A DNA stretch of 38,194 nucleotides from a virus (Duplodnaviria > Heunggongvirae > Uroviricota > Caudoviricetes): IMG/VR virus record IMGVR_UViG_2537562192_000020, one strand, 5' to 3'. Below the pieces are notes generated by a model, which was not told the origin of the DNA, ran no database searches, and saw only the letters and a list, made by a program, of their open reading frames with translations. Shown here one piece after another: positions 1 to 11,695 of the stretch (position 1 is its first letter; the number at the start of each line of letters is the position of its first letter). Position numbers and translations under genes: made by a program.

Positions 1-1682
<1,682 letters not shown>

Positions 1683-1690
1683 CCACTACA

Positions 1691-2961
1691 AACACACATC
1701 AATGGTGGCACGCAAACCGTTCAGAATTATGGTAAGGCAATCAATACCGATATCGTCTCTGGCCTACAACAAATTATGGCAAACGGGACAGCGGAAGGTT
1801 CCATTATTAATGGGTGTTCACAGGTAGTTAATGAGGGCGGTCTGGCTGAAAACTCGGTGCTTAATGACGGCGGCACACTCGATGTGCGGGAGAAAGGCAG
1901 CGCAACGGGGATACAGCAGAGTAGCCAGGACGCTTTGGTTGCAACCACCAGGGCGACGCGGGTCACAGGAACACGCGCGGATGGCGTCGCGTTCAGCATC
2001 GAGCAGGGTGCGGCGAACAATATCCTGCTGGCAAATGGCGGCGTGTTAACCATGGAGTCAGACACCTCTTCTGACAAAACACAGGTCAATACGGGCGGAC
2101 GGGAGATCGTCAAAACAAAAGCCACTGCGACAGGCACGACGCTCACCGGCGGCGAACAAATCGTCGAGGGGGTGGCGAATGAGACAACGATTAACGACGG
2201 CGGAATACAAACAGTTTCAGCTAACGGAGAGGCAATAAAAACAAAGATCAATGAAGGCGGTACGCTGACAGTTAACGATAATGGCAAAGCGACAGATATC
2301 GTCCAGAACAGCGGTGCCGCTCTCCAGACGAGCACGGCTAACGGTATTGAAATCAGCGGTACTCACCAGTACGGCACTTTTTCCATTTCCGGCAATTTAG
2401 CGACCAATATGTTGCTGGAAAATGGCGGTAATTTATTGGTATTAGCAGGTACCGAAGCTCGCGACTCCACGGTTGGCAGCGGTGGAGCCGCCAACGGCAG
2501 TTATCGCAGCAACGGGCTGGGCGGTCACATTGAAACCGGGATGCGATTTACCGATGGTAACTGGAACCTGACGCCGTATGCATCGTTAACGGGGGTTCAC
2601 CGCTGATAACCCTGAATATCATTTATCCAATGGCATGGAATCGAAATCAGTCGATACCCGCAGTTTATATCGTGAACTGGGTGCAACGCTGAGTTACAAC
2701 ATGCGTCTGGGGAACGGTATGGAAGTTGAGCCGTGGCTGAAGGCGGCTGTGCGCAAAGAATTTATCGATGATAACCGGGTGAAAGTGAATAGTGACGGTA
2801 ATTTCGTCAATGATTTGTCGGGCAGACGTGGAATATACCAGGCAGGTATTAAAGCCTCATTCAGCAGTACGTTAAGCGGGCATCTTGGGGTGGGGTATAG
2901 CCATGGTGCCGGTGTGGAATCCCCGTGGAACGGGGTAGCTGGTGTGAACTGGTCGTTCTGA
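1691..2961 (+). pseudogene. autotransporter adhesin, C-terminal fragment (passenger repeats plus partial beta-barrel), frameshifted
   Basis: Passenger-like repeats in frame 3 (1691-2606), then a frame switch to frame 1 within GGGGG run 2591-2595; frame 1 continues to a beta-barrel C-terminus ending ...GVNWSF (terminal aromatic). Confidence 0.65.
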
Positions 2962-2973
2962 CCATCAACGAAA

Positions 2974-2996
2974 AAGCCCACATCTGTGGGCTTTCA
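2974..2996 (+). terminator. rho-independent terminator-like hairpin after autotransporter gene
   Basis: AAGCCCAC-atct-GTGGGCTT stem-loop followed by a short T-run. Confidence 0.45.
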
Positions 2997-3121
2997 TGTC
3001 ACCAGGAGCCGCGGCTCCTTTGCGTATCCTTTTATGTCTCTTCACCGTCTGGTCGGTGTCCTGCTGAGACTGCTAACTTCCTGTTTTTATTGGTGTTGTC
3101 CTTATACCGTCCAATCATGAT

Positions 3122-3166
3122 TGGTGGAGCTGGCGGGAGTTGAACCCGCGTCCGAAATTCCTACAT
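3122..3166. repeat. prophage attachment-site direct repeat (left copy), identical to the 3' terminal 45 nt of ssrA
   Basis: 45/45 identity with 37135-37179 (TGGTGGAGCTGGCGGGAGTTGAACCCGCGTCCGAAATTCCTACAT); sequences diverge immediately outside. Confidence 0.85.
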
Positions 3167-3251
3167 AGCATTTCAATGTCTGTAAAAACAATGATTTGCT
3201 TTGATTTTCAGTTGGTTAGATTTATGCGGTGTCTGTCCGTTTTATGGGTTT

Positions 3252-3920
3252 TTAACTTTCTGCCGCCAAAGTGCCGCCACTGCATTTGTCGCCTAAACGC
3301 CTATTTGAAACGATTAATCTCTCGGCGATCTTAATCTTGGAGAGCTTATCTAGGCAGATAAAGCATATTGCTACTCCCGATACCACAAAATAGCTGCTTA
3401 AACCAAAGTATTGCCAAGTAGTTAGATGGTTTATCTTCTCCATCATCTTAGCACTTACTACAACAGAATAACTGAAAGGAAGTGCTACGATGAGACTGCC
3501 CATGAAGTAAATTAGAGTTGTTATAATTTTTATTAATTTTCTATATATGCTGTATTTATATCTTTTTTTATTCCATGCGAATATTTCTTTATGGGTGGTA
3601 ATGGAAATTAGACTTTGACATTTGGAATAATCATCTATATCGCTAACGGGGTTTGTTGTGTTGAGTAATATTAATCTTTGTTTTTTTGTCAATGTGTTAT
3701 CTTTGGTTAATGCAGCAATGCCGTAATCTTCCGCCAGTTTTTTGAAGGTCGGATCTTCACTGCTTTTATACATCTGATATGAAAATTCGCTAATGTTTTT
3801 ACGTGATGTGAATAGTTTGTCTTTTTTATAAGTCCACCCTGTTTTAAGCCCTAATAAGGATATAATGGCAGATAGGGAAGGGAATAATATTTTTATAAGT
3901 AACTCTAGTTCGCTATTCAT
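3252..3920 (-). CDS. hypothetical membrane protein (AT-rich moron between int and attL)
   Basis: 222-aa ORF with about 3 predicted hydrophobic helices; strongly AT-rich relative to the phage backbone; GAGGT RBS before ATG at 3920; immediately downstream of int on the same strand. Confidence 0.55.
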   Translation of the reverse strand: MNSELELLIKILFPSLSAIISLLGLKTGWTYKKDKLFTSRKNISEFSYQMYKSSEDPTFKKLAEDYGIAALTKDNTLTKKQRLILLNTTNPVSDIDDYSKCQSLISITTHKEIFAWNKKRYKYSIYRKLIKIITTLIYFMGSLIVALPFSYSVVVSAKMMEKINHLTTWQYFGLSSYFVVSGVAICFICLDKLSKIKIAERLIVSNRRLGDKCSGGTLAAES

Positions 3921-3930
3921 AAATTACTAC

Positions 3931-4947
3931 TTACCTCAAATTAAATAAAGGATTTTTAGTTACGGCATCTTCTAAATGGTCTGGGGCGAAGTGTGCATAG
4001 ACCATGGTCATTTTTATATCTGAATGTCCTAGGATATCCCGCAAAACCAATATGTTTCCACCATTCATCATAAAATGGCTAGCGAATGTATGACGCAGAA
4101 CGTGAGTACATTGACCCTCTGGCAGATCGATACCAGCCCGCTTTACTGCACGCTCAAAGGCTTTTCTGCATGGGGTGAATAACTTCCCCCTATTCTTAGG
4201 CAGTTCTTCATATAAATCCTTAGAAATAGGCACAGTTCGGTTTTTCTTGCCTTTGGTCTTGGTATAAGTGATACGGTATTTTGATACCTGATGACTCTGC
4301 AGGTTTTCGGCTTCGCTCCAGCGTGCGCCGGTGGCCAGGCATATTTTTGCAATCAAAAGCAGGCTGGAGCTTTGAGAATCGGCGCAGGCATCCAGCAGAC
4401 GTTTAATTTCTTCCGGGGTCAGGAACGCCAATTCACTCTCAGCAATTTTAAATGTTGGCAGCCCAGCAAGCGGGTTGGGGGCTGACCAGTGGCCCAGCTT
4501 TTTCAGTGTACCAAAAACAGATGATAGATTGCGCTGTTCAAGGTTTACCGTGCGGGGCTTAACGGGCGACATAAACGTGCCATCTTCATTTCGTACTTCA
4601 CCTTTTAACCGTGCTTCGCGGTATTTCGTAAAGTCACCGGCTGTCAGTTCTGAAGCGATGGGATCGCCTAGACCATTACAGATAATTCTAAGTTTCGCTA
4701 TGAGGCGCTTGGGGTCTGCGAGTGTTTGACCATACAGGGAATACCACTGCTCAATTAATTCTGATAGGTGTCGCCGATCTTCCTTTTCCCCCAGCCATGG
4801 TTTTTTGTTCACTTCTTCCATTGTGAAGCTTTCAAAAGCAATGGCTTCGCCTTTCGTAGCAAATTGCTTACGCACGCGCTTGCCATTGCGTCCATTGGGA
4901 TAGCACTCGCACAACCATTTACCGTTTGGCTGTTTTCTGACAGTCAT
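3931..4947 (-). CDS. int: tyrosine integrase (P2/186 Int family)
   Basis: 338 aa; C-terminal R...HxLRHT...Y catalytic signature (VLRHTFASHF...MVYAH); adjacent to att repeat. Confidence 0.9.
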   Translation of the reverse strand: MTVRKQPNGKWLCECYPNGRNGKRVRKQFATKGEAIAFESFTMEEVNKKPWLGEKEDRRHLSELIEQWYSLYGQTLADPKRLIAKLRIICNGLGDPIASELTAGDFTKYREARLKGEVRNEDGTFMSPVKPRTVNLEQRNLSSVFGTLKKLGHWSAPNPLAGLPTFKIAESELAFLTPEEIKRLLDACADSQSSSLLLIAKICLATGARWSEAENLQSHQVSKYRITYTKTKGKKNRTVPISKDLYEELPKNRGKLFTPCRKAFERAVKRAGIDLPEGQCTHVLRHTFASHFMMNGGNILVLRDILGHSDIKMTMVYAHFAPDHLEDAVTKNPLFNLR

Positions 4948-4949
4948 GT

Positions 4950-5582
4950 TTAGATACTCTTTATTACTTTGACTGCACGCCCAATAACTTCCACATCATC
5001 AGCAGAGCACTCGAAAGACGCTTCATCTTGATTTACTACAATCTTATTGCCGGGAATCCGCATGATTTTTGCAATAATAATCATTCCATCAATATTGATA
5101 AGCCAGAATCCATTGCTGACTTGTTTAACTGATTTATCGATGAGATAACAATCAGTAGGGGTTTCTAAGAACATCGATTCTTCATAATCTGCAGGTAATA
5201 TGCTGTGGTCTAGGAAAATCTCTTCATCAATACTGAGTTGTCCATTTTCCAAGGTTCCTTTAGGAATAGATGGAGTTATGAGTTTGGATAACGGTTTAAT
5301 TGCTTGTTTGTTCTCGTTATGAGATCTTTTCTCAGGCTCGTATCCTTCTTTCATGCTTCCCTGTCCAGTGGCTAACCAAAGTAACGAAACACCGGTTTCT
5401 AGTGCACACTGAATTATCCAGTCAGCAGGAAAACTGTCACGTAACACTCTGTTTGCCATAGTACTTTTTGAGACATTCAGGTGCTCGCTTAATGCCTGCT
5501 TAGTTGTGAATCCATAAGCCTCAAGCAGCCTCTCAATAGCTGCCTTACCTCCCGTATCGGAACCCATTCTGATGTTTAACAT
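4950..5582 (-). CDS. cI: CI-type immunity repressor (186 CI-like)
   Basis: 210 aa with N-terminal HTH (LSEHLNVSKSTMANRV); positioned between int and divergent early operon as in phage 186. Confidence 0.7.
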   Translation of the reverse strand: MLNIRMGSDTGGKAAIERLLEAYGFTTKQALSEHLNVSKSTMANRVLRDSFPADWIIQCALETGVSLLWLATGQGSMKEGYEPEKRSHNENKQAIKPLSKLITPSIPKGTLENGQLSIDEEIFLDHSILPADYEESMFLETPTDCYLIDKSVKQVSNGFWLINIDGMIIIAKIMRIPGNKIVVNQDEASFECSADDVEVIGRAVKVIKSI

Positions 5583-5595
5583 TGGTAATCTCCAT

Positions 5596-5624
5596 TTGAC
5601 AATCTTGAATCAAGATCGTAATGT
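5596..5624 (+). promoter_or_regulatory. candidate early lytic promoter pR with palindromic operator in spacer
   Basis: TTGACA (5596-5601), 17-bp spacer, TAATGT (5619-5624); spacer holds the perfect palindrome ATCTTGA-A-TCAAGAT (5602-5616). Confidence 0.45.
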
Positions 5625-5703
5625 CTTCGTGTCTCTTGATGTGAGAGTTAAAGAGACGAGCTAAAACGAACTAACACGCACACAAAGTAAGAGATACTGC
5701 ACT

Positions 5704-5946
5704 ATGAGTACTGATATTTCAATTCGTGTACCAAAAGAGATGGCTACGCCTGCAGAGTTCGCAGAGTGGGAGGGCATTTCCCGTGGCTCTGTTTACCAAA
5801 AAATTCACCATGGTCAACTTGCTAAGTACATGGTCAAGAAAGAAAAAAATAAAGGCCGCGTAAGCCTTCGTTATCTGATGTACAAAACTGATCAGGTCCG
5901 TGAATCCCTCGGTCATTCCAACTTCCGCGTCATTGTTGGTAAGTAA
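5704..5946 (+). CDS. apl: Apl/Cox-like excisionase-repressor (small HTH protein)
   Basis: 80-aa first gene of rightward early operon, divergent from cI; position matches 186 apl / P2 cox. Confidence 0.5.
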   Translation: MSTDISIRVPKEMATPAEFAEWEGISRGSVYQKIHHGQLAKYMVKKEKNKGRVSLRYLMYKTDQVRESLGHSNFRVIVGK

Positions 5947-5978
5947 GTTCAATTATGGGAACTTTCTAAGGGGGCACC

Positions 5979-6488
5979 ATGTTTGATTACAAGATTTCCA
6001 AACATCCGCATTTCGATGAAGCCTGTAGGGCTTTTGCACTGCGTCACAACCTGGTGCAACTGGCAGAACGTGCAGGCATGAATGTGCAGATTCTGCGGAA
6101 CAAGCTGAACCCAGCTCAGCCTCATTTATTAACCGCACCAGAAATCTGGCTGCTTACCGATCTGACTGAAGATTCAACGCTGGTAGATGGTTTTCTGGCA
6201 CAGATTCATTGTCTGCCATGTGTACCGATTAATGAGGTGGCAAAAGAGAAACTGCCGCATTACGTCATGAGCGCAACTGCAGAGATCGGGCGTGTTGCAG
6301 CAGGTGCGGTATCTGGTGATGTAAAAACTAGTGCCGGTCGTCGTGATGCTATCAGCAGCATTAACTCTGTAACACGACTGATGGCGCTGGCGGCTGTTTC
6401 ATTGCAGGCCCGTTTACAGGCTAATCCTGCGATGGTGAGTGCAGTTGATACCGTGACTGGCCTCGGTGCTTCATTCGGTTTGCTGTGA
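5979..6488 (+). CDS. cII: CII-like lysogeny establishment regulator (186 CII-like)
   Basis: 169 aa, HTH near N-terminus ([19 protein letters not shown]); size and position match 186 cII. Confidence 0.55.
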   Translation: MFDYKISKHPHFDEACRAFALRHNLVQLAERAGMNVQILRNKLNPAQPHLLTAPEIWLLTDLTEDSTLVDGFLAQIHCLPCVPINEVAKEKLPHYVMSATAEIGRVAAGAVSGDVKTSAGRRDAISSINSVTRLMALAAVSLQARLQANPAMVSAVDTVTGLGASFGLL

Positions 6489-6495
6489 GGTGCTT

Positions 6496-6792
6496 ATGCT
6501 GACGAAAGAACCATCATTTGCATCGCTGCTGGTAAAACAAAGCCCGGCAATGCACTACGGTCACGGCTGGATCATGGGTGAGGATGGTAAACGCTGGCAT
6601 CCATGTCATTCACAAGATGAATTGCTGTCTGAATTGACCACGAGGAAACGGAGAAAGTCAAAATGTATGCAGCGGAAAGTGAAGTGGTTTATCAGTTTCG
6701 TTACAGAGGGGAGAGTTATTCAGTACCTGAAGATGATTTGCTCTGTTGTTATCCGTCGTTGTCGGGCGATGGCAGTTACTTTTTCACGCTAA
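6496..6792 (+). CDS. hypothetical early protein (possibly Fil-like); 3' part overlaps next ORF and may be spurious
   Basis: ATG at 6496 with GAGGTG RBS right after cII stop; overlaps 6663-6887 in a different frame. Confidence 0.3.
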   Translation: MLTKEPSFASLLVKQSPAMHYGHGWIMGEDGKRWHPCHSQDELLSELTTRKRRKSKCMQRKVKWFISFVTEGRVIQYLKMICSVVIRRCRAMAVTFSR

Positions 6793-6887
6793 GGGATGGG
6801 ACGTTTTTACGGGGAGAGCAGGTTAAAGAGACGATACGAAAAAATGTATCTCCTCTTGAACGTTACCGTAAGAACAAAGAACGATAG
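6663..6887 (+). CDS. hypothetical early protein
   Basis: 74-aa ORF with GGAGAAAG RBS. Confidence 0.45.
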   Translation: MYAAESEVVYQFRYRGESYSVPEDDLLCCYPSLSGDGSYFFTLRDGTFLRGEQVKETIRKNVSPLERYRKNKER

Positions 6888-6909
6888 TTGCGTTTTGGGG
6901 ATATGAATT

Positions 6910-7251
6910 ATGGCAATTAATGGCGCTGCGGCGACTGTTCCATTAAGCCCCGGTGAACGCCTGAATGGACTTAATCACATTGCGGAGTTAAGGGCGAAAG
7001 TATTTGGCCTGAATATTGAGTCAGAGCTTGAGCGGTTTATTAAAGATATGCGTGATCCACGGGATATCAATAACGAACAAAATAAACGAGCACTGGCTGC
7101 CATATTCTTTATGGCAAAAATTCCAGCTGAACGTCATAGCATCAGCATTAATGAGCTGACCACTGACGAAAAGCGGGAGTTGATTAAAGCAATGAATCAT
7201 TTTCGTGCAGTGGTGAGCTTATTTCCCAAACGGCTAACCATGCCGAATTAA
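6910..7251 (+). CDS. hypothetical early protein
   Basis: 113-aa ORF in early operon. Confidence 0.5.
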   Translation: MAINGAAATVPLSPGERLNGLNHIAELRAKVFGLNIESELERFIKDMRDPRDINNEQNKRALAAIFFMAKIPAERHSISINELTTDEKRELIKAMNHFRAVVSLFPKRLTMPN

Positions 7252-7318
7252 CCAACTAATGAAATTAATGGCGTAAACCCGCCGGGCATCCCTTTATCTA
7301 AATTCAGGAGAATTGATT

Positions 7319-7552
7319 ATGCGTAATATTGAAATCCTTACGACTAAAACCGGACCGGATGATGCAGGGCTTAATATTTTACTGACAGAGGCTCGTCTGG
7401 AAGAACGCCGGGCAAGGGCTGAAGCAATGGCAGCTCGCCTTGATAGCCTGGCGTGTCATATCTCATCCCGTCAGCTAAACCACGTGGAAGCGGCAGAACT
7501 GCTGCGTGTGACTGCTGAAGCAATCCAGAACGAAGCGCAGGAGATCCACTAA
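7319..7552 (+). CDS. hypothetical early protein
   Basis: ATG at 7319 with CAGGAG RBS 8 nt upstream; 77 aa. Confidence 0.5.
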   Translation: MRNIEILTTKTGPDDAGLNILLTEARLEERRARAEAMAARLDSLACHISSRQLNHVEAAELLRVTAEAIQNEAQEIH

Positions 7553-7779
7553 TGGCTGATGCAATGGATCTCGTACAGCAGCGCGTTGAAGAAGAACGCC
7601 AGAGCCATATCCGTGCTGCTCGTGCCAAAACACCGGGCGTGTCTCGCGTGCTTTGCATTGAGTGTGAAGCGCCAATTCCGCCAGCACGACGCCGCGCCAT
7701 TCCGGGTGTGCAGCTTTGCATTACTTGCCAGGAAATCGCAGAGCTGAAAGGCAAACATTACAACGGAGGTGCTGTATGA
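7552..7779 (+). CDS. TraR/DksA-family C4 zinc-finger protein
   Basis: CxxC...17 aa...CxxC (CIECE...CITCQ) in a 75-aa protein, as in P2-like phage early regions. Confidence 0.65.
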   Translation: MADAMDLVQQRVEEERQSHIRAARAKTPGVSRVLCIECEAPIPPARRRAIPGVQLCITCQEIAELKGKHYNGGAV

Positions 7780-8078
7780 CAGGGGCTGTGCGTATCCATC
7801 AATTAAAAATTGCACCTAAGTATTTCAACGCTGTGGTTGCAGGTCAAAAGACGGCTGAACTTCGTAAAGACGATCGTGGCTATAAAGTTGGTGATGTTCT
7901 TTCTCTTTGCGAATGGAAGCATGGCGTATTTACGGGTAGGGAATGGGCCGCGGTTATCTCTCATGTGCTTCCGGTTAATGACGTCATGGCAGTTTCAGAA
8001 CAATGGGTGATGCTATCAATTCGCTCATTAACCCCATTAGAAGCTTTAGGATATGTTATTGCAGGAGGTGCTGTATGA
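7776..8078 (+). CDS. ASCH/DUF3850-like small protein
   Basis: ATGA overlap start; [36 protein letters not shown] resembles ASCH/DUF3850 (from memory, unverified). Confidence 0.5.
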   Translation: MTGAVRIHQLKIAPKYFNAVVAGQKTAELRKDDRGYKVGDVLSLCEWKHGVFTGREWAAVISHVLPVNDVMAVSEQWVMLSIRSLTPLEALGYVIAGGAV

Positions 8079-8932
8079 GCACCATCCTGAAATGGGCGGG
8101 TAATAAAACCGCCATTATGTCCGAACTGAAAAAACACCTTCCTGCAGGCCCGCGACTGGTTGAACCTTTCGCGGGTTCTTGTGCTGTGATGATGGAGACG
8201 GATTACCCCAGCTATCTGGTTGCGGATATTAATCCTGATTTAATCAACCTCTATAAAAAGGTTGCCGCTGATTGTGAATCGTTTATATCTCGCGCCAGAG
8301 TTTTATTTGAGATCGCAAACAGGGAGGTGGCTTATTACAACATAAGGCAGGAGTTTAATTACTCCACTGAAATTACTGATTTCATGAAAGCGGTATATTT
8401 CCTGTATCTCAATCGTCACGGTTACCGTGGTTTATGTCGCTATAACAAGAGCGGGCATTTCAACATTCCCTACGGTAATTATAAAAATCCGTATTTCCCT
8501 GAAAAAGAACTTCGCACATTTGCAGAAAAAGCCCAGCGAGCAACGTTTATCTGCGCAAGCTTTGATGAAACGCTGGCGATGCTGCAGGTGGGGGATGTGG
8601 TGTATTGCGATCCGCCGTATGACGGTACGTTTTCCGGCTATCACACTGATGGTTTCACTGAAGATGACCAGTATCACCTGGCATCCGTTCTTGAACATCG
8701 GTCATCAGAAGGACATCCGGTCATTGTTTCTAACAGTGATACATCCCTGATCCGTTCGCTGTATCGCAATTTTACTCACCACTACATCAAGGCAAAACGC
8801 AGCATCGGTGTAGCAGCTGGTGAGAGTAAATCTGCAACAGAAATCATCGCTGTTTCCGGGCCGCGCTGCTGGGTGGGATTTGATCCTTCGCGTGGCGTGG
8901 ATAGTTCTGCCGTGTACGGAGTGCGTGCATGA
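8075..8932 (+). CDS. dam: DNA adenine methyltransferase (Dam-like, D12 class N6-MTase)
   Basis: N-terminal KWAGNK...EPFAGS AdoMet motif and DPPY catalytic motif ([10 protein letters not shown]). Confidence 0.8.
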   Translation: MSTILKWAGNKTAIMSELKKHLPAGPRLVEPFAGSCAVMMETDYPSYLVADINPDLINLYKKVAADCESFISRARVLFEIANREVAYYNIRQEFNYSTEITDFMKAVYFLYLNRHGYRGLCRYNKSGHFNIPYGNYKNPYFPEKELRTFAEKAQRATFICASFDETLAMLQVGDVVYCDPPYDGTFSGYHTDGFTEDDQYHLASVLEHRSSEGHPVIVSNSDTSLIRSLYRNFTHHYIKAKRSIGVAAGESKSATEIIAVSGPRCWVGFDPSRGVDSSAVYGVRA

Positions 8933-11343
8933 GCCATGCTGATATGAACAACTGCAGCGGCTTTAACGAGGTCGCCGCAGCATTCTCATGGAACAGCCCG
9001 AAAAAGGCCATTAACCCTTATCTGGACCCGGCGGAAGTTGCGCCGGTTTCTGCGCTTTCAAACCTGATCACTCTGTACGCTACCGATAACGAGCAGGAAC
9101 AACTGCGCCGCGAGGCTCTGAGTGATCAGGTATGGGAGCGTTATTTCTTTAATGAATCACGTGATCCTGTCCAGCGCGAAATGGAGCAGGATAAGCTCAT
9201 TAGCCGGGCAAAGCTGGCGCATGAGCAGCAGCGTTTTAATCCGGGCATGGTCATTCTGGCGGACGTTAACGCCCAGCCTTCCCATATCAGCAAGCCGCTG
9301 ATGCAACGTATTGAATACTTCAGCAGCCTGGGCAGGCCAAAGGCTTATTCCCGCTATTTGCGTGAGACGATTAAGCCATGTCTGGAACGACTGGAGCATG
9401 TACGCGACAGTCAGCTATCCACTTCTTTTCGCTTTATGGCAAGCCATGAAGGGCTGGACGGTCTGCTGATCCTGCCTGAAATGAGTCAGGATCAGGTGAA
9501 ACGCCTGTCCACCCTGGTAGCTGCGCATATGAGCATGTGCCTTGATGCCGCTTGTGGCGATTTGTATGCCACCGATGACGTTAAGCCAGAAGAAATCCGC
9601 AAGACATGGGAAAAGGTGGCGGCGGAAACCCTGCGACTGGATGTCATACCGCCTGCGTTTGAGCAACTCCGCCGGAAAAGAAACCGCCGTAAACCCGTGC
9701 CCTATGAACTCATTCCGGGGTCGCTGGCGCGTATGCTGTGCGCCGACTGGTGGTATCGGAAATTGTGGAAGATGCGTTGCGAATGGCGGGAAGAGCAGTT
9801 GCGTGCTGTTTGCCTGGTCAGCAAAAAAGCATCTCCCTATGTCAGCTATGAAGCCGTGATGCATAAACGTGAGCAGCGCCGTAAGTCGCTGGAGTTTTTC
9901 CGTTCTCATGAACTGGTGAACGAAGACGGCGACACGCTGGACATGGAGGATGTGGTAAACGCCAGCAGCAGCAACCCTGCGCATCGCCGCAATGAGATGA
10001 TGGCCTGTGTTAAAGGTCTGGAGCTTATCGCGGAAATGCGCGGTGACTGCGCCGTTTTCTACACCATCACCTGTCCGTCACGTTTCCATTCCACGCTAAA
10101 TAACGGTAGGCCCAACCCGACCTGGACAAATGCGACGGTAAGACAAAGCAGTGATTATCTGGTCGGCATGTTTGCTGCATTTCGTAAGGCGATGCACAAA
10201 GCCGGGTTGCGCTGGTATGGCGTGCGGGTGGCTGAGCCGCATCATGACGGCACAGTTCACTGGCACCTGTTGTGTTTCATGCGCAAAAAAGACCGCCGCG
10301 CCATTACTGCATTGTTGCGTAAGTTTGCTATCCGTGAAGACCGCGAGGAGCTGGGTAATAACACGGGGCCACGCTTTAAGTCTGAGCTGATAAACCCGCG
10401 CAAAGGAACGCCGACTAGCTACATCGCGAAATACATCAGTAAGAACATTGACGGGCGTGGTCTGGCTGGCGAGATCAGCAAGGAAACGGGTAAATCTCTG
10501 CGTGATAACGCTGAATACGTTAATGCCTGGGCGTCTCTGCATCGTGTTCAGCAATTCCGCTTCTTTGGCATTCCGGGGCGTCAGGCTTACCGTGAACTGC
10601 GATTGCTGGCTGGTCAGGCGGCAAGGCAACAGGGTGACAAAAAAGCAGGTGCGCCGGTACTGGATAACCCGCGCCTTGATGCCATTCTGGCTGCAGCTGA
10701 TGCTGGTTGTTTTGCCACCTACATCATGAAGCAGGGCGGCGTACTGGTTCCCCGTAAATATCACCTCATCAGAACCGCTTATGAAATCAACGAAGAGCCG
10801 ACCGCCTATGGCGATCACGGCATTCGTATTTATGGCATCTGGTCACCCATTGCAGAGGGCAAAATCTGCACTCATGCCGTGAAGTGGAAAATGGTTCGTA
10901 AGGCCGTTGACGTTCAGGAGGCGGCAGCCGACCAGGGCGCTTGCGCCCCTTGGACTCGTGGCAATAACTGTCCCCTTGCTGAAAATTTGAACCAACAAGG
11001 GAAAGACAAATCAGCTGATGGGGATACCAGAACGGATATCACCCGCATGGATGACAAGGAGTTGCACGATTACCTGCACAGTATGAGCAAAAAAGAACGC
11101 CGGGAACTGGCAGCAAGGTTACACCTGGTTAAACCGAAACGGTGTAAAGACTACAAACAGCGAATTACAGACCATCAGCGACAGCAGCTCGTGTATGAGC
11201 TGAAGTCCAGAGGGTTTGATGGTAGCGAGAAAGAGGTCGATTTACTCCTTCGCGGCGGCAGTATTTCGTCAGGAGCAGGCCTGCGTATCTTCTATCGGAA
11301 CCAGCGTTTGCAGGAAGATGATAAGTGGCGAAACCTGTATTAA
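8929..11343 (+). CDS. A: replication initiation endonuclease gpA (rolling-circle initiator)
   Basis: 804 aa; HUH-type region (VHWHLL) and YIAKYISK tyrosine motif typical of P2/186 A. Confidence 0.85.
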   Translation: MSHADMNNCSGFNEVAAAFSWNSPKKAINPYLDPAEVAPVSALSNLITLYATDNEQEQLRREALSDQVWERYFFNESRDPVQREMEQDKLISRAKLAHEQQRFNPGMVILADVNAQPSHISKPLMQRIEYFSSLGRPKAYSRYLRETIKPCLERLEHVRDSQLSTSFRFMASHEGLDGLLILPEMSQDQVKRLSTLVAAHMSMCLDAACGDLYATDDVKPEEIRKTWEKVAAETLRLDVIPPAFEQLRRKRNRRKPVPYELIPGSLARMLCADWWYRKLWKMRCEWREEQLRAVCLVSKKASPYVSYEAVMHKREQRRKSLEFFRSHELVNEDGDTLDMEDVVNASSSNPAHRRNEMMACVKGLELIAEMRGDCAVFYTITCPSRFHSTLNNGRPNPTWTNATVRQSSDYLVGMFAAFRKAMHKAGLRWYGVRVAEPHHDGTVHWHLLCFMRKKDRRAITALLRKFAIREDREELGNNTGPRFKSELINPRKGTPTSYIAKYISKNIDGRGLAGEISKETGKSLRDNAEYVNAWASLHRVQQFRFFGIPGRQAYRELRLLAGQAARQQGDKKAGAPVLDNPRLDAILAAADAGCFATYIMKQGGVLVPRKYHLIRTAYEINEEPTAYGDHGIRIYGIWSPIAEGKICTHAVKWKMVRKAVDVQEAAADQGACAPWTRGNNCPLAENLNQQGKDKSADGDTRTDITRMDDKELHDYLHSMSKKERRELAARLHLVKPKRCKDYKQRITDHQRQQLVYELKSRGFDGSEKEVDLLLRGGSISSGAGLRIFYRNQRLQEDDKWRNLY

Positions 11344-11437
11344 TTACGATGGTTAACCATTCGTGCTCTTAATAATACCAGGCATATCAGGCTGATAAAC
11401 GTAAAAAAACGTTTTACATCAGTAAGATTATTATATA

Positions 11438-11453
11438 CTGTAATTATAAACAG
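11438..11453 (+). promoter_or_regulatory. LexA (SOS) box overlapping promoter of DinI/Tum-like operon
   Basis: CTGTAATTATAAACAG = exact CTGT-N8-ACAG; TTTACA -35-like hexamer at 11413-11418 upstream. Confidence 0.7.
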
Positions 11454-11496
11454 TGGTTATACATACAGTATTGCGTGTGGTGTCATAGGAGGAAAG

Positions 11497-11685
11497 ATGC
11501 AGGACTATTTTTTGGAGTCTTTGAAGCTCCAGCGCATTGATTTTTTTCTTAAGCTTGTAGCGGCCAGTGAGTGTAGTGATGAAGAGAAGGGACTGGCTCT
11601 GCAGTGGGTTTCTGAATTGACTGATGAACTCATGGCAAAAATCAGAAGCCACGAATACAACCGCTCAATGGATGTCATCAGCTGA
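11497..11685 (+). CDS. small SOS-controlled protein (first gene of Tum-like operon)
   Basis: 62 aa; GGAGGAAAG RBS; directly downstream of LexA box. Confidence 0.5.
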   Translation: MQDYFLESLKLQRIDFFLKLVAASECSDEEKGLALQWVSELTDELMAKIRSHEYNRSMDVIS

Positions 11686-11695
11686 GGTGACTTTT

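Noticed and set aside
1727-2335. 202-aa minus-strand ORF
   Set aside because: Lies antisense within the autotransporter passenger repeats; Pro/Ser/Val-rich low-complexity translation typical of the reverse strand of a repeat-rich gene.
9415-10818. Minus-strand ORFs of 189 and 240 aa
   Set aside because: Both lie inside replication gene A, which has strong motif support; no RBS and no recognisable features.
11344-11420. Palindromes ATGGTTAACCAT and AAACG-N8-CGTTT after gene A as a terminator
   Set aside because: Stems are short and AT-rich with no convincing T-tract; possibly protein-binding sites, but not enough evidence to call.
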